Source: Paraspadella gotoi (Eukaryota > Animalia > Chaetognatha). From it: a DNA stretch of 64,000 nt. Under the pieces are notes generated by a model. It ran no database searches. It saw only the letters and a list, made by a program, of their open reading frames with translations, and had not been told where the DNA came from. The position numbers and the translations under genes are program-made. The stretch spans positions 4,759,737-4,823,736 of the forward strand of contig CM119263.1 in NCBI GenBank assembly GCA_051294375.1, in the 5' to 3' direction. Of this stretch, positions 23,570 through 34,682 are shown in pieces; within the stretch, counting starts at the first letter, position 1; each line of letters begins with the position of its first letter.

Positions 23570-24454
23570 GCGCACAGGGATAGGTGAATATTGCCTAATG
23601 GGACCGAACGGTGCGACGAGCGGGCGCCGGCGCGGCGAGCCAGGTCCTCCTTGATTTCTTAAACACACGGAGGCGTCGGCCGGGGAAGGTTTGACAGACA
23701 CACCGGAGAAGACGGGGCACGGAGTCGGCCGTGGCCGATCGGGCAACGCACACGCACACGAAAGGAAACGACGGCGGGGGTCGTAAGACGCTCGATGAAC
23801 CCGGGCGACGGCGCGGAAAGTGGGCGGAGTTGGGCGACCACACGAGTTCGAGGAAGAGGAACAGGCGGAGAGAGAGATTATGAGGAGGGACGGAGGGGAC
23901 GGGAGACGGCGAGCGGACGAGTATCAGGGAGGAGGGAGACGAGATCGTAGTGTCGGGTAGGAGAGCCGGAGAGGAGGACGGGAGGGAGCGGGTATGTGCA
24001 GGACGCGAGAGAGAGGAGACGAGTTTCGAGGCGGAGTGGCCACGTCACGAGGGTTGAGAGGGAGGGAGGCGGGAAGAGACGGCAGAAGGAAAGTTCAAAG
24101 GAGGCTCGGGGAGGGAGGGTTGTACGCGGACGACGGAAGGATGGGATGGCGGAGCGTGAACGAAGCGACGATATCCCCGAGTGGCGAGCGGACACCGCCA
24201 GAGGAAACGCGAATTTTGGAGCACCCACGTGACAGCGAAAGAACTAGCGGCGACCATGAAGGCCGAATGGACGTGGGTCGTCGAATCGATCGTCGTCTTT
24301 CGGCAGTGAGTGCATTGTTTGGTAGTTGCTTGAAAGCGGGCCAGTATATTGGGAAAGTGGGCGAAGTCGAGAGATGAAATCGCTATTACGACGAACGAAT
24401 TGAGAGGAGGGTCGCTCGCTTTGTGAAGCGAAGAAAATCATAGGAGAAGCGGAG
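23570..24454 (+). pseudogene. Frameshifted ABCG-type nucleotide-binding domain (second)
   Basis: GE.IALMGP..SGAG...LLDFL (23583-23661), RKTL (cf. VRETL, ~23782), V-S-G-G-E-R-R signature (23950-23975), DE..(P)TS-GL (24018-24056), TI..PS (24168-24182), LL..G..Y.G (24326-24360), and a GTGAGT donor at 24455. Confidence 0.65.
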
Positions 24455-24849
24455 GTGAGTAGCCGCGAGGTAGTGAGGACGGCGTGAAAGTAAGGGCGGA
24501 GCGAGAGTGGAATGGAAAGAACGATTTTGAATGAAAAGGAGAAGCGAAATGAAAAGCACATGAGAGTGGATCAGGTAAATTTGGTGGGAGAAAAAAATAA
24601 GAGTGATGTGGGTACAAAAAGGTTATGAGTTTTAAAAACATTATTTTCATACGAGAAATTTGGTGACCCTTTTGTGAGAATGTACTCACCCGTAATCATC
24701 GATTGATGAATTCTAGTCTTAAACGAAGAATGAAGAAATAAAGAGAGGGAGGAAGAAAAGGGGGCGGAGAAAAACAGTTGGAACTTAATTCGACGATTTT
24801 TTTTGGCCAAAATTTCATAAAGTAATTGTTGAGTATTTTTTATCTGCAG

Positions 24850-25770
24850 TACTTTTGTCGTCGTCGTTTCACGTCCTGTTAGTCTCCTAAAGCCATGAAC
24901 ACTCAACTCTGTTCTTTCTATAGGTACACAACATCTTGGAATTTCTTTCTTGAATATTTTTTTCGTCTTAAAAATCTTGTTCGATGACATTGCGGGAGTT
25001 CTTTTCTTTATCCTGTAAATGGTGACCATTGCTCCCTGTTTATATTTCGTACAAATTAAATCAAGAAAATCGGAAGTGAATATAAACGTAATCAAATACG
25101 AGAGTTTCTACTTAATATTAGTTTAATAAAAAAAGTAACTAAATATTTCTTGACTTGGTTGAGGATTCTCTTAACCAACGATATGACCTCAAAGCACGGC
25201 TCTCGTGAATCACTCTGCCAGCGTCCCCTCGGCCCATGTGAGGGAGAAAGTTGTTTGTTTGACAGGTTGAGCGTATTCTCTGCGAGACGACAGGTGGCAG
25301 CATCGTAACGAATGACCGCAGCGGATCTTACCGTCGACGTCCTTATCACTCTCCGTTCGGTTTGTATTTTAAGTGTTCGTTAAGATCATGGAGTTTGTTA
25401 GTAATTCGTTTATAAGATTGTTCAATAATTACGAATCGAGTACTTTTTTTCCTATCTGCCACAATACAATCACACAAAATCATAATTAACATAAACGCAA
25501 TTCATTTTTCTTAAATTAAGTCAGCCGTTTGTCTCAACCAGTATCTTCACCAAGTTCTCACCTCTTAAAGCTGAGAATTCTCTTCTTTGATACAATCGGA
25601 ATGTTTTAGATCAAATTCCTCGATCGTAGAGGTCGTCAGTCAAATGTACCGTACGATAGTACACTCTTCTGGAGGCGAGGCCTTCTATTATGACGTGATT
25701 CTGTATCATTAACGAAATTCGCGAAAATCGAATCACTCCATCGAGAGAAACCCTGGAGACTCGTCTGCGG
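24850..25770 (-). pseudogene. Unidentified exon-like pieces with coiled-coil-like composition
   Basis: Minus-strand acceptor-like sites (TTTTCCGCAG ~25765, TGTGGCAG ~25456, AAACAG ~25036) are followed by E/K/Q/L-rich peptides: TIEEFDLKHSDCIKEENSQL, IEQSYKRITNKLHDLNEHLK and HLQDKEKNSRNVIEQ. No family recognised. Confidence 0.3.
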
Positions 25771-26204
25771 AAAATAAAAGTAAGTGGTGTATTAGGTTTT
25801 ATTGTCGTCTGTGGGTTCGCTCTCTTCATAAAACGTCCAATAATTTGACGTTGTATTACTAAAACAATGTTTAGCTATCACGTTGGCGGTTGAAGGAGTC
25901 GGTTAAGCATCATCAGGTTTTTGACAAAACGGTAATATTATATAAAATTATGATTGAGTTTTGTGAAGGAAAAACTGGTGGAATGGGGCGCCCACTTAAA
26001 TTATTTTTTGCTGGGGATAAAATTTGAGACTAAACTCTGTTTTTTTAAATGACCGCCAAATTTCTAGAGAAATCTAACAGATTAAATTTGAGTAAATAAC
26101 CCAATTTTTAAGAAAACATAGTTTTATATGAGTAAAAATATTAAATAATGATATAGGATAAATAATGCAATAAATAAAAAACAAAAATTTGGGAAAAGAG
26201 TGAT

Positions 26205-27385
26205 AATCTACTCGGGCTGATCTTTCGGCGACGTTGACGATCGGTGAGTGTGAGCCTGCGGGGACGGCCGGATTGAATCGCGAACGCCGCCTGACGAGAC
26301 GGCGGCGTCGCGAGACGCCGCGCCGGAGACATTTGGTCGTCCCGCGGGAGTAAGACGAGGGAGGAGGGCGAGTGTTGATGGCTGAAGGGTAAGGGCGGGT
26401 CGTGAGGGTTGTTGTAATTTATATGTGTCGCGATATTAATGACACAGATATTCCAATAATCAAATTATCATAAAGTATACCAACTGGCCTCTACCGAGAC
26501 CAATATACCAAATTTTCGGGTATTTATAACAATAAACAACAATAAACGAACGACAACAACGGACGGAGCCAACCAGTATACGTGGGACCTCTCACGGCGG
26601 TACAGACGCCTGATCCCCCGTGGTCGGCGCGCGGACGTCGACGCCTCATCGCGCAGCGCACGCAGATGGAGATGGAACGCACGCACGACTATCGCCGAGG
26701 CGCACGAGAGAGTCAGAATGCAGGCGGAGAGAGACGGCGAGAGAGGAAACCAGAGATATGGTCGTCGAGACACCAATTGAGAGAGAGCTCGATGCTGCAC
26801 TCTCCGGTACGTCAATGTATCGTCGCGTATTGCGAGACGGGCCGCCTGCCGTCTCTCGTTCTCTAGGGTCGGCGAGAAAGATGGCGCCAGAGTGCCTTCA
26901 GTGCCAAAAGACGTGGACCCCTTGGCCGGTCCCGGACAGCGAGACGTCAGCTCGGAATCATCTTGGAGTAGTAGAGGCCAAGAACGCGAGCACCTACAAG
27001 GCGGCCCTGCCTCGGGAGTGCATCTCCGCCATCCACGCGTTTTCTTGCAGCGCCGCGACAGCACGGCGCCCGCGCCAGCGCGCTCTTCGATCGTCGAATT
27101 TTTTGGCGACGACGCTGACGACCGCGACTTTCTCCCTCTACGCACAGGCTGAGTTGCTTCGGCGCCAAAAGTTGGATGAGAACAGGACGGAATCGCAGGC
27201 GCGGCCTCTCGTCGTAATAGCGGAGCCTCCGTTGGCCGGGTCATGATGGATGAAGAGGTCGCGGCGTTTCTGTGGTTTGCTAAGGGTCTTGAGGAGTATG
27301 TGCATTCTTGAGTACGCATCTCGGTTCGCGGAGTCAGGAGGGGAAGTTATGTATTTCTCAAGAGTTGAGGCTTAAGCCTTAGGGT
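26205..27385 (+). pseudogene. Frameshifted protein-tyrosine kinase domain followed by a SAM-like domain (Eph-like architecture)
   Basis: Subdomains in order: LLG..SFGDV (26208-26235), A.VKT (~26344-26357), EASVM.K then GTAAG donor (26364-26393), GDL (~26584), ADG-ME (26662-26677), H.D.IA.AR (26684-26707), D.G.RD (26755-26771), PVR.M..VLRDG (26804-26841), SLG...W.EC.FS...PWP (26860-26928), PRECISAIHAF...RRP...IVEFF (27010-27104). Then EEVAAFL..KGLEEY...ASRFAE...ALG (27252-27382). Confidence 0.7.
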
Positions 27386-28199
27386 ATGCGCGATATATTA
27401 TTGTCATTGGGAAAGAAAGAAATAAATAGAGGATATTGATTCAATTGGTAACACAAACGATATTTTGAATGTGTCGAACGGAGGGGAAGATATTAGCGAA
27501 GAAGGAGAAGTAAATTTTTTTTATGTTTTTTTTAATTGTTATTATTATAATAAGATTAATATTTTTTAATGTGAGGAAACAATTTAAAACCGAAACGGTT
27601 TCTTGTTGTTTCGTATCATTACCAATTTTTATGTCTTTCATTTTGAAGGGCTCTCGAGCGGAAACTTATAATTTATTGAAATTGGATCGCACTATCGTTT
27701 TCTTTGTTCACAAAGGAGGTGGTTTTAAAAAAACGCGAAAGAAAACAACATTTTTTTTCAACCATCAAAATCGATATAATGGGAAAAATAAAAACCCAGA
27801 ATTCAGAAAATCCAAAAATGTAAAAATGCCAGGATGCGGCGCGAAAATGAGATTCATGATGTGGAAGCTGAATCCGTACACGAGAAGAGGCATAAGATTC
27901 CATGCGGCTAAAGAAAAATTCGGTTGGCGGGTTTCATCATTTCTTTTTCTTTCTTTATCTTTCTTGTCTTGTGCTTTCTTTTCTTGGTCTTTCTTTCTTG
28001 TTCTTTCTTTCTTTCTTTCTTTTATAGATATCATTCAAATCTTGATAAAGAGAAAATCTTATATCTTTCTATGCTTACTTTCTTTCGTGTTTATTTTCTA
28101 ATCATTATTTCAATTTTTTACTTATTATTCTCTTACAATATTTCTTATGAGACCGAAAATTATACTATATAACGCCACACCACTGCTCACATTCTGTGA

Positions 28200-29960
28200 T
28201 CTCGCTTTACTTCATTCTTCAAAGTGAGAAAATTTTGATCCGAGAGAAAGACATGGGACCGCTGACCAGTGACCAATCAAAAATGAGACTGCGAACCGTA
28301 ACGACCTTAAGGCTTAAGATCGCAATGTTGATCGCCCCGGGGCGAAAGCACACGGTCAGAGGCTCAAGACATCTTTTTTTGAGATGCGACTGATGAAGGT
28401 CTCTCTATAAGACCATAGCAGGAAATTTGCTATGATTGATATATCGTCTTTATCAAGATTTAGTTAAAGAGCGACGACTTAGAGCCCTCTAGGTGGTGGG
28501 GAATTTCGACAGAAATCATGGTCAATTTTCTTCCTTCTAGCTTGCGACCAGAAGCTCATTACAATTGTCTAATCGGAGACCCGAGAGATGATCTTCTGGG
28601 TGGTACAATCATACACACAGGGCATACTGTTCTTTCCTCTTTCATGGTCTTTAATTTTTTCTATTCCAGAGATAAATAATCGCGGAGTCTGCTTTCTTTC
28701 TCGTCTCCTCTTGTAGATTTCCTCGAGCAACGGAGACGTGCTGTAAAGTGACCCGGCCTTTAAACAATGCGGGCGCGAGGAGGCTACGTTGGTTTTTTTG
28801 GCTTCTGGTCTCCCGGTTAATTTTTTTTGTTTCTCTCTTGTTCTTTACTCTCCATCTCGATTCTCCGTCTCTCTAATTGCTCTGTTCATTACATCAGAAA
28901 AGCCTTCCGTTGTTTAAGTTGTCTTCCCTCCTAGGTTCTCCGTGTGCGTTCGGAACGTCCATATCTTGCTCTCTCTCTACTCCTGTGACTCTCTTACTAT
29001 GATCTCTCTCTCTTACAGAATCCATATATTCACACACAGTTCAAATTGGTGGTATGATCCAAAGAGACTGGCAATCACATCTTTTTCTCCTACACTGGGC
29101 TCTCTCTCTTTCTTAGAAAGAAAGGACATGTTCTTAAATCCATCGTGCATGGAGAGAATTGTCAACATAAGAAAAAATTACGGCAGACGGGGGCTGGGCA
29201 CCCGGGTGCGCTTAACAGCCGGGGCCGTACAAGGTGAGCATTCCGGCGCGAGATAAGTGACTTTCTGTCCATTAGAAGCGGGACGAGATTTTGTTATAGA
29301 AATATCACGACGGAAAATAAATTGAATTTAGATCTTTAAGTAAAAAAATCCTTACGATAAATAACTTATGAATGTCGATTTTTTACCCCCCGCCGGAATA
29401 CTCTTCTGAACGCTCACATATCCAAAATAAGCTTAGTTCGTAATAATGCGAAGATTAACGTTTGTTCCTCTGCCTGCCACCTTCACAAGCTCAGTTGGGG
29501 ATATTATACTCGAACTTTATTTCCCTCAAAGAAAAACGATTATACACACATTTATTATAAATTAAAAAATTAAAAACTTTAATCACCCCGGGCCGATTTT
29601 ATTATTATAACATTAAAAAAATGTCTCAATAAAGCCACACCCATAATTAGACCACTAACCACACAAATCACTTCATGATCTCAATATTATCATAAAATAA
29701 CTATGACGAACCTCCTTGACTATCACTTCAGCGCTTTATTTTAAGGTCGCGAACTGATCTGACGCCTCGATCCACGATCTCACGTTTCTCTTAACATCGT
29801 CCAGAGTCCTTAATATGTTCAGCAGACCACAATTGGGACTATCTTCGTTTGATCCGGCGTCCAATGATTGTGGATGACGCGTGAACTGCCGTTGGATATA
29901 TAAGAGCGGGTGTATAGATACATAAACGAGTTGTTTGACCAAATTAGGTGAACGTTCAGG
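28200..29960 (+). other. Further unidentified, error-rich exon-like segments
   Basis: Mixed-composition blocks, several bounded by AG/GT: ~28200-28495, ~28717-28787, ~29040-29232 (AAG|GTGAG) and ~29745-29959 (TTTTAAG...CAG|GTGAG). Peptides include LIYRLYQDLVKERRLRAL, DHNWDYLRLIRRPM and ERVYRYINELFDQI. Confidence 0.3.
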
Positions 29961-30580
29961 TGAGATTCTGTCGATGAATCTCGCTGCGATATATCTGATT
30001 ATAAAATTGTTCTATTATTTCTCATTGTCATCAAATCTATATAACATTAATCGCAAATACAATGTCAAAGTTACAGGTATACTAATAATTAACAAGGAGT
30101 GAGGTCGTCAAACCGACGACCAAAATAAATATGTCGCTCACTATATTGAACTCATTTAACGCTGACAAGATAAAAACAAAATTTAATAAAAAAATTGTAT
30201 GGAATGATGGTTGGTGCCAATCTTTTCAATTTTCCGGTGCCCCATTTGTCTTGATCCAATTTTCCGCGGTTTTTCTCCGCGAATTCGTACTCCATCATCC
30301 GCCCCACGCGCCTTCGGTTTCAACTTTTTTATCCCTCTCTTTTTTATCCATGTCCTTCCCAAAGCCGTTCTGTCGCGATGAGAGATTTTACTCTCTATAT
30401 TTCTCGTCACCTTTTCGCGCTCATTTCTACCTCTTTCCGTTACAAATTTATTGTATTCTTAATTTCTTTTTCTACTTACGTTATTGTGGTGTTATTTTAT
30501 TTTTTGTGACACTATATTTGTATTCTTCAAATCATGTTCACTTTCACAATTTCTTTTTTTATTTTTCTTGTTCATTTACC

Positions 30581-31358
30581 CGCTTGGACATTGGCCACTT
30601 CTTCTTTTATGGGCCATTCGAGCACATTTTCACTTTCCCCGACGTTCCGCCCTTCTGGTCGCGGGGCCGTTCCTCCTCCCTTTCCTACCTTCTTATCACA
30701 TCGGCCGCCAGCCGCCCTCCCTCTGCCTCACCTCTCACCTCCTCTCCCGCCGCCTCACCTCTCGGCCTCTCTCGCTGCCCCTCTCTCTCCCCCGCTTCTC
30801 TTCTCTTCCCTTTCGCAGACCCGCGGCTCTCTCTCCTCCTCTGCCAAATCTCTGGCTGCTCCTCCTACCCTTTGGCCCACCTTCTCCTCCTCTCTCCTTC
30901 GCCCCCATTCCTCCTCCTCTCCACCTCGTTCTCCGCCTTGCTCCCTTCTCTCCTCCCTCTCTCCTCTATCTCTCACTCACTCATCCTCTCTCTCGACCCC
31001 TTCTTCTCTTCCCCCTCTGCTTTCCCCTCTTTGCCGCCCCCCCTTCTCATCTCCTCCTCTCACCTCCTCTTCCCCCCCACTATCTCTTCCCCCTCTGCTG
31101 CGCATTCGGTGCCCCGACTGCCGAAATCCATTAGAAACAAATTCGTAAATTGGAATTGGTTGTTTTCCGAATTGTCCGTCGTTGTTGTGGTCGTCGTTGT
31201 GTTGGCGTTGTGTGGCGTTCGTTGTTGTCGTGGTCGTCCGTTCGTTGTCGTCCTCGATTTTCCCCTGGTTTCCTCTCAAGTGATGAATGCCGCAGAGCAC
31301 ACTGGTACGAGACCTCCGAAGAGCTTCCCAGGCGCACGAAAAACGGAGGGTGGTGGGT

Positions 31359-31417
<59 letters not shown>

Positions 31418-31622
31418 AGAGGAGGGAGGGGAGTAGGAGGATGGGAGAATGAGTGGGGACAGGAGGATTGTGGAGGATGGAGAGAGAAAGAGAGAGAGAG
31501 AGAAGAGAGAGAAGAGAGGGAGATGTGAGTGGGGGCGTGGGGAGATGAGTGGTGAGAGAAAAGAGAAGTAGAGAGAAGAGAGAGAGAGAGGAGTGGGAGT
31601 GGGGGTGGGAGAATGAGTGGTG

Positions 31623-31681
<59 letters not shown>

Positions 31682-32966
31682 GGAGTGAAGGGAGTGGGAG
31701 TGGGAGTGGGGAAAGAGTGGGAACCAGGTGGATTTTGTGTGTGAAGTGGATAGAGATGAGAGAGAGGAGCAAGATGGAAGTTTGGNNNNNNNNNNNNNNN
31801 NNNNNNNNNNGAGAGAGAGTGAGAGATGGAGTTTGGACTTTTTCGCTCACAGATTTGGTACTCTTAGTGAATTTCTAATTTTAAAGGTTTTTATACTAAT
31901 ATATTTATCATCTATCATCTATCATCTATCATCTATCACAGCAGAAAATGGGTTGACAAGCTACTTGATCAATCCATTTTCTGCGTTAGTATATTTAACT
32001 TTGTAATAGAGATATAAAAGTAAGTATGTATTCTTCTTTGTCAAATTTCTAGCTGCGTCAAAGTAGAAAGTAGAAAACAAGATCGGTTCATCCAATGTGT
32101 TGCAGTGACTTTATTTTTACTTGTTATTATCGTGATATGACATGACGTGACATGACATGACGTGACGCAACATGACATCACTACATTACTGCAATAGGGT
32201 GAAAGGATTTGCTAAAGTCATTAAATTCAGGAGTAGATTCTTTGACCTCAAGCCAAAGCCCGTGTCGGCAATGTTGCCGACATGGATGCCGCCGTCGCAG
32301 CCGCTGCCACTGCCGCTTCTGATGCTGCCACCGCCGCTGCCCCACCGCTGCCCCGCCGCTGCCGACGCCGAATGGAAAGGTTTACATTTGGCGCGAAACG
32401 ATTCATGACAGTTATTAGGGATTGAAATAACGGACCATTTTGGCGACGAGGAAACTTGATGTCTGCGACTTTTATATCATAGAACTTTTTTTTTAAACTT
32501 TATTAATTTTTTAATTTGTCTTGAAATCTTTTAGTTTCGTGAGTTTTATTGTATTATATATTATAGGTGTATTCTGATACTTTTAAATATTTTTAATATA
32601 ATCAATGTATTCGTCGTCCATCATCTTCGTCGTAATTTTTCATCTACATCGTCACGGTCGTCGTCGTTCAATCGTTCGTCGGTCGACGTCGTCGTCGTCG
32701 CAACCTTCATTGCTCTCTCTCTCTCATTTCTTCTCTGAGGTTGAAGAAAAAATAATTCCCTTTTTTTTTTTCTTCAAGGTTTTTCGAGGTGAAGAGAAGA
32801 GAAACAGACGGACTCTAAAACCGAATGCCCGAAGGTAAAAAGAATTTAAAAGGAACGACCAGAAGAGGGAGTGGAAGAGAGACAGAGAAAGAGAACAGAG
32901 AGTGCCAGCCCAAGCAAGCTAGCCAGGAGAAAGGAGAGAAAAAAGTGTCGGAGACAGGAGAGAGAG

Positions 32967-32997
<31 letters not shown>

Positions 32998-32999
32998 GA

Positions 33000-33052
<53 letters not shown>

Positions 33053-34644
33053 CGAGAGGACGAGAGGAAATTGAAAGAGAAGGGCCAAAATTTCCAGACG
33101 ACGCTCCTCATAAAAATAGAAAAATGTAAAAGCGGAATTCTTTTATCTTGGGACTCTCAGGGCCGCCGGTGGGAGATCGTTTTAAAGAGGCTGATTGTCG
33201 CCAGGGAAGAGAATCCGTGCCGTCCGGCTGTGCCGGAAAAAGAAAGGCCCTTTCGACGAGGTTGAGACTATGGGGGGGGGAGGGGGGGAGGGATGCGTGG
33301 ACCCCCAGGGTGGACGCGGTTGGTAATGAAGGACGGGGTTGCCGGGAAGAGAGGGGAAAGAAAGNNNNNNNNNNNNNNNNNNNNNNNNNNNNNNNNNNNN
33401 NNNNNNNNNNNNNNNNNNNNNNNNNNNNNNNNNNNNNNNNNNNNNNNNNNNNNNNNNNNNNNNNNNNNNNNNNNNNNNNNNNNNNNNNNNNNNNNNNNNN
33501 NNNNNNNNNNNNNNNNNNNNNNNNNNNNNNNNNNNNNNNNNNNNNNNNNNNNNNNNNNNNNNNNNNNNNNNNNNNNNNNNNNNNNNNNNNNNNNNNNNNN
33601 NNNNNNNNNNNNNNNNNNNNNNNNNNNNNNNNNNNNNNNNNNNNNNNNNNNNNNNNNNNNNNNNNNNNNNNNNNAAAAAATTATTTTTAATAAATTGATT
33701 TTGTTGGGCTAAGAATAATTTAATAATATCAGACGATTGTTTTCAAATTTTATAACCTAGCTTTTGATTTTTGTTTTTTTTCGACAACGATGTTTATTTA
33801 CAAAAAAAAACAGACATGTTATGACTCAGTTTTCGACTCTGATAAAGACATCCTGTTTTTATTTTAAATAAACATCGTTGTCTCAAAAACAACGAAATAT
33901 AAAAATATTTCATCGATTTATTTCTTAAAATTACAATTCGGTTTACAAATGCCAATGTTGTAAAGGCCTGAATTTTGATTAAATATATTGGTTAAATATA
34001 TGTAAAAAAATTATCCCCAGCTTCAAACTCCATTTACAGATTCAACCCGATAACAATTCCCAATTTTTTATTCCATTTCAAATCAGGCGAGCGCGAGAAA
34101 AGTAAGTCAGAGGTAAGGATGACGAGATGAGTCAAATGGAGATAAACGGCTGCGAAAGTAAGGCAACTCTTGATGGCGAAAGGGTGAGGAAAGACCGAGG
34201 TGTTGACATTTGAAGCGTTGATGCAATTTTCAAGTTTCGTCAATAAAAATCAATTTTGTCAGGAGGATGAGAAAAGTCTCATGGTAGAAAAATGGCAAAG
34301 GATGAAGAGATGGCGGCAATGGTCTGGCAGATTGTAGATTCGAGAAACTTTTTGCAGTTGTTTGAAAGGTTGGCAGCATTAGTCTGGTAGATTGCAGATG
34401 GGAGTAACAGTCTGCAATTGTCTGAAAGATATCTTCAATGGTCTGGCAGTTGTGAGAAACGCTCGATGAAAGACAATTAGCAAAGAGATAAAGAAAAGCA
34501 AAGAAATAGGAAAAATTATATGAAAGACTAGAGGGAAGCAATATTAGTCTAATTTGCGAAAAATAAAGCATCAAGAGAAATGGTTAAAAAAATATTTTGC
34601 TTTTGCATTTCAAATTTTGACAATTTTAGTTTTTACTCTATGCC

Positions 34645-34650
<6 letters not shown>
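30581..34650. repeat. Copy B, part 2, matching 11060-17770
   Basis: Resumes with CGCTTGGACATTGGCCACTTCTTCTTTTATGGGCCATTCG and is collinear with copy A from there. Confidence 0.88.

Positions 34651-34682
<32 letters not shown>

Noticed and set aside
25240-25285. NTLNLSNKQLS resembling the Penelope RT N-terminal motif
   Set aside because: The expected L.KGL.F and RT motifs do not follow, and the neighbouring peptides look coiled-coil.
26620-27246. 208-aa ORF read as a TPR or actin-like protein
   Set aside because: Ordered tyrosine-kinase subdomain motifs across frames explain the region better.
28390-28426. CTGATGA-AGGTCT...AGACC hammerhead-like motif
   Set aside because: GAAA is not adjacent to stem II, stems I and III are absent, and it lies in an exon-like segment.
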